From positions 2,657-66,656 of the forward strand of contig NYZB01000239.1 in the NCBI GenBank assembly GCA_002687015.1: a stretch of 64,000 nucleotides of DNA, written 5' to 3'. The stretch comes from Deltaproteobacteria bacterium (lineage in GTDB: Bacteria; Myxococcota_A; UBA9160; UBA6930). The notes beneath the pieces are model-generated. The model was not told the DNA's origin. It saw nothing but the letters and a program-made list of their open reading frames with translations, and searched no databases. The translations under genes were made by a program, and so were the position numbers. Shown here one piece after another: positions 8,585-16,699 of the stretch (position 1 is its first letter; every line of letters starts with the position of its first letter).

Positions 8585-9720
8585 GATCGATCCTCCATGG
8601 GCCCGTGCTGGGCCAGGTCGCGGCCGAGCCAGGCGAGCTGCGGCGCGGCCGAGCCCAGGTTGTGCTCCAGCGCGCGCGCCCACAGGAAGTAGCGCTGGAT
8701 GGGGTAGTCGACGTCGGAGCCGATGCCGCCGTGCAGGTGCACGGTGCCGTTGGCGATGCGGGCGCCCGCTTCCGAGGCCCAGTACTTGGCCACCGCTGCG
8801 TCCCGGGCGGCCGGCTGGCCCTCTGCGAGCTTCCAGGCCGCCCGCCAGGTGCACCAGCGAAGCGCCTCCAGGTCGATGAAGCCGTCGGCAGCGCGGTGCT
8901 GCACCGCCTGGAAGCTGCCAATCGGCACGCCGAACTGCTCGCGCTCGGTCACGTAGCCCGCGGTGATCGCGAGGGCCTCGTCCGAAACGCCCATCTGCAA
9001 GGCGGCGATCCCGACGAGAGCGCGCTCGACCAGCCAGGAGAGCATCTGGTCGCCGCCCGCGTCGGCGCCGCCGAGCCGATCCTCCTCACTCACGAGGACG
9101 CCGGCGAGGCGGAGATCGGAGAGCTTCCCGCCCGACGACGTGCGGCTGGTCTCGAGGTTGACGCCGGTCGCACGGGGATCGACCAGGTAGACGGCGCAGC
9201 CGGCTCCCGTATCGGCCGGCACCAGGATGCGCTCGGCCCGGTCGGCCACGGGAACGAGACGCTTCAGGCCTTCGAGCACGAAGCCGTCGCCCTCGGGCTT
9301 CGCGAGCGTGGCCGGCGCCAGGGCATCGGCCGAGCCCGCGTCCACGAGAGCGGCGGTCAGCAGGGCCTGGCCGGAGGCCACCTTCGGAAGCCAGGTGGCC
9401 TGCTGCGCGGGCGTGCCGAACTCCGCGATCGGCAGCGCGCCGAGCACCAGAGTCTCCAGCACCGGGATCGGTGCGACCCTGCGGCCCACTTCCTCGAGCA
9501 GGCAGCACAGCTCGAGGAAGCCCATGCCCATCCCGCCCTGCGCCTCGGGGATCGCCAGCCCCACGAGGTTGGCCTCGGCCAGATGGGCCCAGAGCTCCTC
9601 GTCCAGACCGCTCGGGCTGGCTGCGGCCTCCTTCACGCGTTCGGTCGTGGCCTCGTTCTGCAGGATGTCCCGCGCGAGCTCGCGCACCGTCTCCTGCTCT
9701 TCGGTGAACTCGAAGTTCAT
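8581..9720 (-). CDS. acyl-CoA dehydrogenase family protein
   Basis: 379-aa protein starting MNFEFTEEQETVRELARD, with FGVPIGSFQAVQHRAAD and VHLHGGIGSDVDYPIQRYF. Confidence 0.9.
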   Translation of the reverse strand: MNFEFTEEQETVRELARDILQNEATTERVKEAAASPSGLDEELWAHLAEANLVGLAIPEAQGGMGMGFLELCCLLEEVGRRVAPIPVLETLVLGALPIAEFGTPAQQATWLPKVASGQALLTAALVDAGSADALAPATLAKPEGDGFVLEGLKRLVPVADRAERILVPADTGAGCAVYLVDPRATGVNLETSRTSSGGKLSDLRLAGVLVSEEDRLGGADAGGDQMLSWLVERALVGIAALQMGVSDEALAITAGYVTEREQFGVPIGSFQAVQHRAADGFIDLEALRWCTWRAAWKLAEGQPAARDAAVAKYWASEAGARIANGTVHLHGGIGSDVDYPIQRYFLWARALEHNLGSAAPQLAWLGRDLAQHGPMEDRS

Positions 9721-9730
9721 GCCCTGCCCT

Positions 9731-10708
9731 TCAGCCCGCGCGGCGGAAGACGGGCAGCTTCATGCCGTCTTCGCCCTCTTCGACGCTCCCCTGCACCGCC
9801 ATACCGACGTGCAGGTCCTCGGGCTTGCAGTCGACCATGTTGGACATCAGGCGCGTGCCTTCCTCCAGGTCGACGAGCACGGCGAGGATCGGGAAGTCGT
9901 AGCCCGGGAACTGCGGGTGGTGGATCACCGTGAAGGTGTGGATCGTCCCCTTGCCCGAAGACGTCACGTAGCCCATGTCCATGGCGCCGCACTTGCCGCA
10001 CATCGGCCGCGGCGGGTGGAAGAGCTCGCCGCACTGGTTGCAGGTCTGGATCGGGATCTTGCCGGCGTCCACCTCCGCCCACCAGGCGCTGTTGTCGTGG
10101 CCGCGCGGGGCCGCGATGCGCGCCGGTGCGGACGAAGCCGGCGTGTCGGATGCGTCGGCCTGCTGCGGCTGCTGTTGGGGGATGAACTTCAGCACGCGGA
10201 AGGTCAGCCAACCGACCTCTTCGCCGTCCTGGTCGGTGAACTTCGTGCGGGTGTTGATGAAGTACCCGATGCCCAGGGCCGTGGCCTTCTCCTCGGAGAT
10301 CTCGTCGATGAAGGTCTCCGCGGTGACGGTGTCTCCGGGCTTCAGGTAGCGCGTGTAGCCCTGCTCGGTGTTGGTCGCGACCACCGAGGTGTAGCCGTGC
10401 TCGGTGAGCAGCTTGTGGAGCCGGTGCTCGTTGTTGCGCGGCTCGTCGTAGCCCTCGTGCATCGAGAAGCCTTCCATGGTCCAGGCCTGGAGCATGGTCG
10501 GGGGCGCCACGAGGTCGCCGTGCACCGAGCTCTTCGCGGCGTCCGGGTCCAGGTAGGCGGGGTTGGTATCGCCCATCGCATCGCACCACTGCCGGATCAT
10601 CGGCTCGTTCACGACGTCGCGGCCGGGCGTGGGCTCGCTGATCGGCTTGCCCACGTACTCCTGCATCTGGGCTTCGAGCTCTTTCTTCTGGTCGGGGGTC
10701 AAGGGCAT
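9731..10708 (-). CDS. MaoC_N hotdog hydratase subunit fused to a DUF35 OB-fold/zinc-ribbon domain (ChsH2-like)
   Basis: ORF 9731..11392 trimmed to MPLTPDQKKELEAQ. The N-half is hotdog-like (NPAYLDPDAAKSSVHGDLVAPPTM). The C-half has the DUF35 ribbon CNQCGELFHPPRPMCGKCG followed by an OB-like segment. Confidence 0.8.
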   Translation of the reverse strand: MPLTPDQKKELEAQMQEYVGKPISEPTPGRDVVNEPMIRQWCDAMGDTNPAYLDPDAAKSSVHGDLVAPPTMLQAWTMEGFSMHEGYDEPRNNEHRLHKLLTEHGYTSVVATNTEQGYTRYLKPGDTVTAETFIDEISEEKATALGIGYFINTRTKFTDQDGEEVGWLTFRVLKFIPQQQPQQADASDTPASSAPARIAAPRGHDNSAWWAEVDAGKIPIQTCNQCGELFHPPRPMCGKCGAMDMGYVTSSGKGTIHTFTVIHHPQFPGYDFPILAVLVDLEEGTRLMSNMVDCKPEDLHVGMAVQGSVEEGEDGMKLPVFRRAG

Positions 10709-10716
10709 GGGGGCTC

Positions 10717-11898
10717 CTAGCGGCGGGCGCGCGGCAATCGCATGCCGGCGCCCGCAATGATGTCGCGCTGCACTTCGTTGACCCCGCCTCCGAAGGTGTT
10801 CACCATCGCAAGGCGGTAGGCGCTCTCGAGGAGGCCCCCGAAGAGCGCGCCGGGCTCGCCGCCGCGCACCAGGCCGGCCTGGCCGGTCATCTCCTGGAGC
10901 AGGCGGTAGCAATCGATCACGATCTCGGTGCCGAAGACCTTCACGGCCGAGGCCTCGGCCATGCCGGGCGTGCCCTGGTCGATCTGCCAGGCCGAGCGCC
11001 AGTTCAGCACCTTGAGCGCCTCGAGCCGCGCGTAGACCTTGGCCAGGTTGGCCTGGACCCAGGGCTCGTCGACCAGCCGGCCGCCACCGGGCCGCTCGAC
11101 CTTCTCCGCCCAGGCCCATACCTCGCCGAAGAGCCGGTCGAGGCTGGCCGGCATGGCCAGGGTGATGCGCTCGAGGTTGAGCTGGCCGGTGATCAACCCC
11201 CAGCCACCGTTCACGGGCCCGATCGTGTTCGAGACCGGCACCCGGATGTTCTCGTAGAAGGTGGTGTACGTGATCTCGCCACCGATGGTGGTGATCGGCA
11301 TCGCCGAGTAGCCGGGATCCGAGGTCGGCACCAGGATGATCGAGATGCCCGCGTGCTTCTTGGCATCCGGATCGGTGCGACAGGCCAGCCACACGTAGTC
11401 CGCGTCACCCGCGTGGGTGGTGTAGACCTTCTGGCCGTTGATCACCCAGTCGTCGCCATCGCGCACCGCGCGGGTCTGCAGCGAGGCGAGGTCGGTGCCC
11501 GCGCCCGGCTCGGTGTAGCCGATCGAGACGACCAGCTCGCCGTCCCGGATCCTGGGCAGCAGCAGCTCCTTCTGCTCGTCGGTGCCGTGCTGCATGACCA
11601 TCGGCCCGACCGTGTTCACCGTGATGAGCGGCAGGGGGGCGCGCGCGCGGTAGGTCTCGTCCCAGAAGATGAACTGCTCGATGTGGCCGCGGCCCCGGCC
11701 GCCGTACTCCTCGGGCCAGCCGATGACCAGCCAGCCGTCCTTGCCCATGCGCCCCATCGCCTCGCGGAAGGCCGGCCCACCCATCAGGTCCCATTCTTCA
11801 TCGAGCCTGCGGCGCAGGTCTCCCTGGAACAGCCCCTGGTAGTAGCCCCGCAGCTCCTGGCGCAGAGCCTTCTGCTCCGGAGTGAAATCGACGTGCAT
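10717..11898 (-). CDS. acyl-CoA dehydrogenase family protein
   Basis: ORF 10717..11928 trimmed to MHVDFTPEQKALRQELRGYY. Contains YTEPGAGTDLASL and NTFGGGVNEVQRDIIA. Confidence 0.9.
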   Translation of the reverse strand: MHVDFTPEQKALRQELRGYYQGLFQGDLRRRLDEEWDLMGGPAFREAMGRMGKDGWLVIGWPEEYGGRGRGHIEQFIFWDETYRARAPLPLITVNTVGPMVMQHGTDEQKELLLPRIRDGELVVSIGYTEPGAGTDLASLQTRAVRDGDDWVINGQKVYTTHAGDADYVWLACRTDPDAKKHAGISIILVPTSDPGYSAMPITTIGGEITYTTFYENIRVPVSNTIGPVNGGWGLITGQLNLERITLAMPASLDRLFGEVWAWAEKVERPGGGRLVDEPWVQANLAKVYARLEALKVLNWRSAWQIDQGTPGMAEASAVKVFGTEIVIDCYRLLQEMTGQAGLVRGGEPGALFGGLLESAYRLAMVNTFGGGVNEVQRDIIAGAGMRLPRARR

Positions 11899-11982
11899 GA
11901 AAGGCCTCGCGCAGAAGGCCCCACCCACGCCCGCCGGTCACGCAATCAACAGGGAGCGGGGGGAGCCGCGACGGGCCCGAAT

Positions 11983-11996
11983 TGAAACATGTTCTA
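11983..11996. promoter_or_regulatory. putative KstR-type (TetR family) operator
   Basis: TGAAACATGTTCTA fits the TnnAACnnGTTnnA pattern at all eight specified positions. It lies in a local AT-rich patch about 85 bp upstream of the ACAD start at 11898. Confidence 0.45.
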
Positions 11997-12074
11997 GTTT
12001 TGCGGTCAAGGGGCTCCCCGCGGGGCATTCTCAGCCAGCCCACTTGCCGTCAACCCAGGGATCTGGCCCCTGTG

Positions 12075-12623
12075 TCAGCCCCGGGTCTCCCGGATCCGGA
12101 AGACGTCGTGGCCCGTCGGGCCTCCGCGGGGCTCGTGCTCGATCTCGATCGTGGTTCCGAAGCGCGTGGCCAGGCCGTGGAAGAGGCCTGCGACCATGGG
12201 GGCCAGGCCGAGGCGCTCCGAGCTGTAGTGGACCTCGTAGAGGCCCTCTCTCTCGACCTTGCAGACGAAGCTCGGCGGGCGCAGCTCGGGGAAGATGCCG
12301 CCCAGGCGGGTGTGCAGCGCATCGAGCTGCTGGAGGAACTCGGCGAGGGTGGCACCGGTGAGCTCGAGCAGGTCGCCGTAGCCCTCGCGGGTGGCGAAAT
12401 CGACCCACGACTCGCCGAGCTGGAAGAGCAGCTCGTCGGCCGGGACGCCTGTCTGGTTGGACGCAGTGCCGATCAGGTCGAAGCTGAGCTGGTCGGGATA
12501 GGGCTCCATCGTCACGAAGTCCTGCAGGTCGGGATCGACCTCGTCGCGCACGCGGCGCCAGAGGGGCTCGCCGAAGCGGTCGACGAGCAGCCGCTCGATC
12601 GCGCGGTTCACGAGCCCGTACAT
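12075..12623 (-). CDS. H-NOX (heme nitric oxide/oxygen-binding) sensor protein
   Basis: Starts MYGLVNRAIERLL, the canonical H-NOX N-terminus. Proximal-His context QLDALHTRLGGIFPELRPPSF. YxSxR heme-propionate motif present (HYSSER). Confidence 0.9.
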   Translation of the reverse strand: MYGLVNRAIERLLVDRFGEPLWRRVRDEVDPDLQDFVTMEPYPDQLSFDLIGTASNQTGVPADELLFQLGESWVDFATREGYGDLLELTGATLAEFLQQLDALHTRLGGIFPELRPPSFVCKVEREGLYEVHYSSERLGLAPMVAGLFHGLATRFGTTIEIEHEPRGGPTGHDVFRIRETRG

Positions 12624-13816
12624 TCGACCTCCGCGCTGGCGCGGCCGATCGCGCCGAGCAGCGCCTCGCTGCCGAAGGGCTTGTGGAGGAAGAGCGCACG
12701 CGGGTCGCCCTGCAGGAGCTCGGCCACGCGCTCCCCCGTGTAGCCGCTCATCAGGACGATGGGCAGGAAGGGGAGCTTCTCGCGCAGGGCGCGGTAGACG
12801 TGGTCGCCGGTCATGCCGGGCATCGAGAGATCGAGCAGGACGCAGGTGAGCTCGTGGCCGATCTCGCGGCACAGCGCCAGGGCACCCTTGCCGTCGGCGA
12901 CCGCGACCACCTCGAAGCCCTTGCGCTCGAGCATGCGCCCCGTGGTGGCGCGCACGCGGGGGTCGTCGTCGACGAGGAGCACGCGGCCGCGGACCGCCGG
13001 CAGGGCTGCACGCGGTGCCACAGGCTCTCGTGCCTCGGCCTCCTGGGGCGCCAGCGGGAAGAGCACCCGGATCTTCGTGCCCCGGCCGGGCTCGCTGGTG
13101 ACGCACACCACCCCCTCGTGCCGGCGCACGATGCCGAAGACCACCGCCATGCCCAGGCCGCGGCCCAGCAGCTTGGTCGAGAAGAAGGGATCGAAGACCC
13201 GCTCGAGGACCTCGGCCTCCATGCCCGGTCCGTTGTCCTCGACCTCCAGGTAGGCGTAGGAGGCCGTTGCATCGAGCTCACCGATCACGAGCGCCTCGGC
13301 CCTGGTCTCACCCGGCCGCTGCTCCCCCGTGCGCAGCACCACGCGGCCGCCCTCGGCCCCGCAGGCCTCGCTGGCGTTGAGCACCAGGTTCAGGAGCACC
13401 TGCCGTACCTGCGTGGGGTCGGCCCGCAGCCCCCCGGGCGTGGGCCCCAGCTCGAAGCGCACGGCCATGCCCTGGGTGCTGGCCCGCACGAGCTCGCGCA
13501 TGTCATCGATCAGCGAGTCGAGGGCCAGCGCCTCGAGCCGCACCGGCGTGCGCCCCGCGTAGGAGAGCATCTGCTGGCACAGGTCGGTGGCGATGCCCGC
13601 GGCCTGGAGGATGTCGTCGGCGGTGCGCTGCGTGTCCTCGTCGGGGCAATCCTCGCGCAGGAGCTCCGCACCCGCGACGATGGGCACCAGCAGGTTGTTG
13701 AAGTCGTGCGCCACGCCGCCGGCCAGGACGCCCAGGCTCTCGAGCCGCTCGGCCTCCTTGACCCGCTGCTCGAGGTGGGCGCGCTCGTCCCGCCCGCGGC
13801 GCACCTCTTCCATTTC
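12608..13816 (-). CDS. hybrid histidine kinase, 3' fragment (DHp-HATPase-receiver) of an IS-split gene
   Basis: Sequence MEEVRRGRDERAHLEQRVKEAERLESLGVLAGGVAHDFNNLL carries the H-box. Also has the N/G boxes (LNLVLNASEA, DNGPGM, GRGLGM) and a C-terminal REC domain (VLLVDDD...LDLSMPGMTG). The ATG lies inside the IS target duplication. Confidence 0.85.
   Translation of the reverse strand, partial: EMEEVRRGRDERAHLEQRVKEAERLESLGVLAGGVAHDFNNLLVPIVAGAELLREDCPDEDTQRTADDILQAAGIATDLCQQMLSYAGRTPVRLEALALDSLIDDMRELVRASTQGMAVRFELGPTPGGLRADPTQVRQVLLNLVLNASEACGAEGGRVVLRTGEQRPGETRAEALVIGELDATASYAYLEVEDNGPGMEAEVLERVFDPFFSTKLLGRGLGMAVVFGIVRRHEGVVCVTSEPGRGTKIRVLFPLAPQEAEAREPVAPRAALPAVRGRVLLVDDDPRVRATTGRMLERKGFEVVAVADGKGALALCREIGHELTCVLLDLSMPGMTGDHVYRALREKLPFLPIVLMSGYTGERVAELLQGDPRALFLHKPFGSEALLGAIGRASAEVECTGS
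13808..13816. repeat. target-site duplication, left copy (TTCCATTTC)
   Basis: Identical 9-mer at 15033-15041, directly abutting the IS inverted repeats. Confidence 0.8.
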
Positions 13817-15032
13817 GGTTGTGTTCCGAAGATTGTGGCCCGTGGGCGAGAAGGGATGAGCCCGCGGTAGGTTGCAGCGGTTTCACCCGACGAAGCGCCG
13901 TTGCGGCGGCTGGGCGCAGCGGCGCGCGCGGGTCGGGACCTTCCCTTCGTAGTAGGGGCGCCATCGCGCGGGGAGGGCGACGCGGGTCGGAAAGCGCCGC
14001 TTCGCCAGGATCTCCGGGGTCGTCAGCCGGTGGTCCGTGAGGCCCAGGACCTGGGCCGGGGTCTCGTCGCGCCGCTTCTCGCTGCGTGACTTCTGGTAGT
14101 TCACCCACACCGCGAAGATCGCCACCCGCTCCATCGCGCTCTGGCGGCGCTTCGAGAACGCGATCGTCTCGCGCTTGTGGTTCGCTCCCCCGTGGCGAAG
14201 GAGAAGATCCATCCGGTTGACCGGGAAGAGTGGGTTGGCGGTGGTCCGGGCTCGCTTCGAGGAGGTCACGCGGTGGCGCACCCGCACGCCGTCGACCCGG
14301 GAGAAGCCTCGCGGATAGGCCGGATGCTCATCCGTCCGCAGCTCCACGTAGGCCCCGGGAGCCGCTACGAGGCCGAGGAGGGCGGCCATCTCCCGCTCGA
14401 GGGCCTTGGGGTCGGGCCGGCCATGGCGACGCTCGAGCTCTGCGCGTCGCTCCTTCTGGCCTCGGGTCATGCGGCCCTTGCGCCGCAGCTCGGCATCGGT
14501 GAAGGCGTAGAGGAAGTGGCTCTCGGCACCCACGGCCAGGTTGGCGTGGAAGGGGTAGTACTGGGAGTGCTCGAAGGTCTCGAAGCCGTCGAGGGCCAGG
14601 GGCTCAGAGGGGGGCCCCGGGGGCCGATGGTCCTGCAGGAAGAGCAGAGCCTGGCGTCCCAGCCGGGTCGTGTGGGTCTGGACGGTCGAGGGCGAGACGC
14701 CCTGGGCGCGGGCGATCTGCCGGAAGCCCGAGCAGGCGACCAGGCCCTCGTAGACGGCCGAGAGCAGCGCGGGCCGACGCAGCCAGTAGGTGACCGAGAA
14801 GGTCTGTGAACTGAAGGTGCGACGGCAATGGGAACAGCGGTACCGCTGGATCCGGCGGGGGACCGCGTGTCGCCGGTAGAAGCCGTGGCGCAGGGCGCGC
14901 CAACCCCGCGGATCCCCATGGAAAGGGCAGCTCGGGTTGGGACAGTGGGGAGGTTCGAAGCCAGCGCGGCGGCCCGTCATGCCCTCCCAGCACCGCAAGC
15001 CCCGTGCCATCCACATTCGTCGGGACACAACC
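13817..15032 (-). mobile_element. IS1-family-like insertion sequence (single-ORF type), 1216 bp
   Basis: Terminal inverted repeats GGTTGTGTTCCGAAGATTG (13817-13835) and rc GGTTGTGTCCCGACGAATG (15014-15032) match at 16 of 19 positions. Ends fit GGnnnTG. 9-bp TSD. One transposase ORF nearly fills the element. Confidence 0.8.
13883..15028 (-). CDS. IS1/IS1595-like DDE transposase with N-terminal zinc ribbon and HTH
   Basis: Zinc-ribbon motif CPNPSCPFHG...YRCSHCRRTFS. HTH-like FRQIARAQGVSPSTVQ. Candidate DDE residues in LALDGFETF, ELRTDEHPAY and HKRETIAF. The true start may be an internal Met. Confidence 0.7.
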   Translation of the reverse strand: MSRRMWMARGLRCWEGMTGRRAGFEPPHCPNPSCPFHGDPRGWRALRHGFYRRHAVPRRIQRYRCSHCRRTFSSQTFSVTYWLRRPALLSAVYEGLVACSGFRQIARAQGVSPSTVQTHTTRLGRQALLFLQDHRPPGPPSEPLALDGFETFEHSQYYPFHANLAVGAESHFLYAFTDAELRRKGRMTRGQKERRAELERRHGRPDPKALEREMAALLGLVAAPGAYVELRTDEHPAYPRGFSRVDGVRVRHRVTSSKRARTTANPLFPVNRMDLLLRHGGANHKRETIAFSKRRQSAMERVAIFAVWVNYQKSRSEKRRDETPAQVLGLTDHRLTTPEILAKRRFPTRVALPARWRPYYEGKVPTRARRCAQPPQRRFVG

Positions 15033-15041
15033 TTCCATTTC
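15033..15041. repeat. target-site duplication, right copy (TTCCATTTC)
   Basis: Identical to 13808-13816. Confidence 0.8.
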
Positions 15042-15575
15042 TTCTTGCAGCCGCTCGTTGACCACGCGCAGCTCGCGCTTCTGGTCCGCCAGCTGCTTGG
15101 AGAAGCGCCGCGCCTCGGCCAGCGAGGTGCTCTGGCCCTGCATCGCGAACAGGTGGTCGGGCACGGATTCGTAGGGCGGAAAGTCCGCCAGCCCGAGCCC
15201 CATGCGCCGCAGCTCGTCCAGGCTGTGGACGAGGATCGTGGTGAGCAGGAAGACGACCCCGCGCGAGGGGACCGCCTGGGCCCGCAGCCGCACCGGCCGG
15301 GCGCGGCACTCGATCAAGAGCGGCCGGTTCTCGAGCCCGGCCGGGTCGAAGCGCGAGAGCAGGGGCCGCAGGAACCGGAAGTGGTCGTCGAAGGCCGCGC
15401 CGACGCGCAGCTCCGGGTCCAGCCGCTCCCAGGCCCGCCCGAGCTGGAGGATCTCCCCATCGGGCGAGACCCCCACATGAAAGGGAATCACCGCGCACAG
15501 CACTTCCGGGTCGAGCGTGAAACCGCTCTCCCCTGCGTTCCGCTCGAACTCTGCGGACACGATCCCCCCGAACAC
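15033..15575 (-). pseudogene. 5' fragment of the IS-split kinase: HNOBA/PAS-like domain plus coiled coil
   Basis: The first 181 codons of ORF 14604..15575 (GTG start) resemble sGC beta1 (FPFHIIFD...[23 protein letters not shown]): IPFHVGVSPDGEILQLG...LDELRRMGLGLADFPPYESVPDHLFAMQGQ...KRELRVVNERLQEEME. After EEME the frame reads into IS sequence. Confidence 0.75.
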
Positions 15576-15627
15576 CTGGCGCGACCGACCGGAAAGTAAC
15601 CAGCGTTTGGGGGATCTGGGATCGGGG

Positions 15628-15654
15628 AAGACCTGATGCCGGGCATCGGGTCTT
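15628..15654 (-). terminator. near-perfect 27-nt palindrome/hairpin (terminator of the upstream operon, or an operator)
   Basis: AAGACCTGATGCC-G-GGCATCGGGTCTT lies 32 nt downstream of the 15686 stop and 53-79 nt upstream of the 15575 start. No U-tract. Confidence 0.3.
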
Positions 15655-15685
15655 ACCCTGACTTCTCAACGAGGTCCGAAGAGCG

Positions 15686-16594
15686 TCACGACCCGCGTCG
15701 GAGGGCGATGCCGTGCTTCTCGACCAGGCGGTAGATGGAGGCGCGGCTCCGGCCCATCCGGGCGGCCGTCTCGGCGACGTTGCCGCCGGTGGCATCGAGA
15801 AGCTCCAGCAGCTCGCGACGCTCGGCGAGCTGCTGCCTCTCCCGCAGGTCGGCCACCGAAGGCCGCAGCTCTTCGAGCACGGCCTCCACTTCCCTAAGAC
15901 CGATCCGGGGAGCCGGCGTGAAGGCGATCAACCGCTCGACGACGCGACGAAGCTCGTGAAGATTGCCGGGCCAACGCTCGCGACCCAGGCGACGAAGGGC
16001 ACCGTCGGTGAAGCTCGCTTCGGTTCGGCCGAGCTCGGCTCCGACCTCGCGGGCCAGATGGGAGACGAGCTCCGGCAGGTCTTCCATGCGCTCTCGCAAG
16101 GAAGGCAGGCGGACCTCGAAGCGGGTCAGGAGGCGCGCGAGGGTCGCATCGAAGGAGCCCGACGTGATCGCATCGAAGAGGGTGGGGCTTGCGGAGGCGA
16201 GGATCCGGGCCTCGCTGCGGGTGCCTTCGATCAGCGGCAGCCACCGGGCCTGGGCCTCGTCGGAGAGGCTCTCCAGGCCCATGAGGAAGAGGGTGCCGCG
16301 AAGCGGGATCGCCTCGAGAGCGCGCCCTTCCCGGGCATCCACCTGGACGAAGGGTGCTCCGGGGTGGAGGCCCTGCTCGTGGAGGAAGTGCGCGGCCCTC
16401 CATCGACCCGTCCCGGGCTCGCCCGCCAGAAGGACGGGAGCGCAGAGTGGCGCCAGACCCCAGAGCCACTCCCGAACCCGATGGATGACGGCGCTGCTCC
16501 CGACCAGGGGGGCGCCCGGCCCGGGTGCGTCGCGTCGAAGCGCCCCCTCAGCGACCGGTTCCACTCGAGCTGCGTGTGCGCTGCGGGAATCCAA
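15686..16594 (-). CDS. degenerate sigma-54-activator-like (AAA+ remnant) regulator with Fis-type HTH
   Basis: Has LLAGEPGTGRWRAA (Walker A Lys replaced), TLFLMGLESL (Walker B DE lost), no GAFTGA loop, WPGNLHEL, and the C-terminal HTH GGNVAETAARMGRSRASIYRLVEK. Confidence 0.8.
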   Translation of the reverse strand: MDSRSAHAARVEPVAEGALRRDAPGPGAPLVGSSAVIHRVREWLWGLAPLCAPVLLAGEPGTGRWRAAHFLHEQGLHPGAPFVQVDAREGRALEAIPLRGTLFLMGLESLSDEAQARWLPLIEGTRSEARILASASPTLFDAITSGSFDATLARLLTRFEVRLPSLRERMEDLPELVSHLAREVGAELGRTEASFTDGALRRLGRERWPGNLHELRRVVERLIAFTPAPRIGLREVEAVLEELRPSVADLRERQQLAERRELLELLDATGGNVAETAARMGRSRASIYRLVEKHGIALRRGS

Positions 16595-16699
16595 GGGCTA
16601 CGCCTCCATTCAGGGGTCGGGTCTACGGCGACAGACTACGGCGCAGCCCTGGGCCTCGAAGCCGGAGAAAGAGCGGGAAAGCGTCAAAGATCGCCAAGA

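Noticed and set aside
12014-12029. GC-only palindrome (CCCCGCGGGG) downstream of the H-NOX stop, considered as a terminator.
   Set aside because: A palindrome without a loop or U-tract is not a convincing intrinsic terminator.
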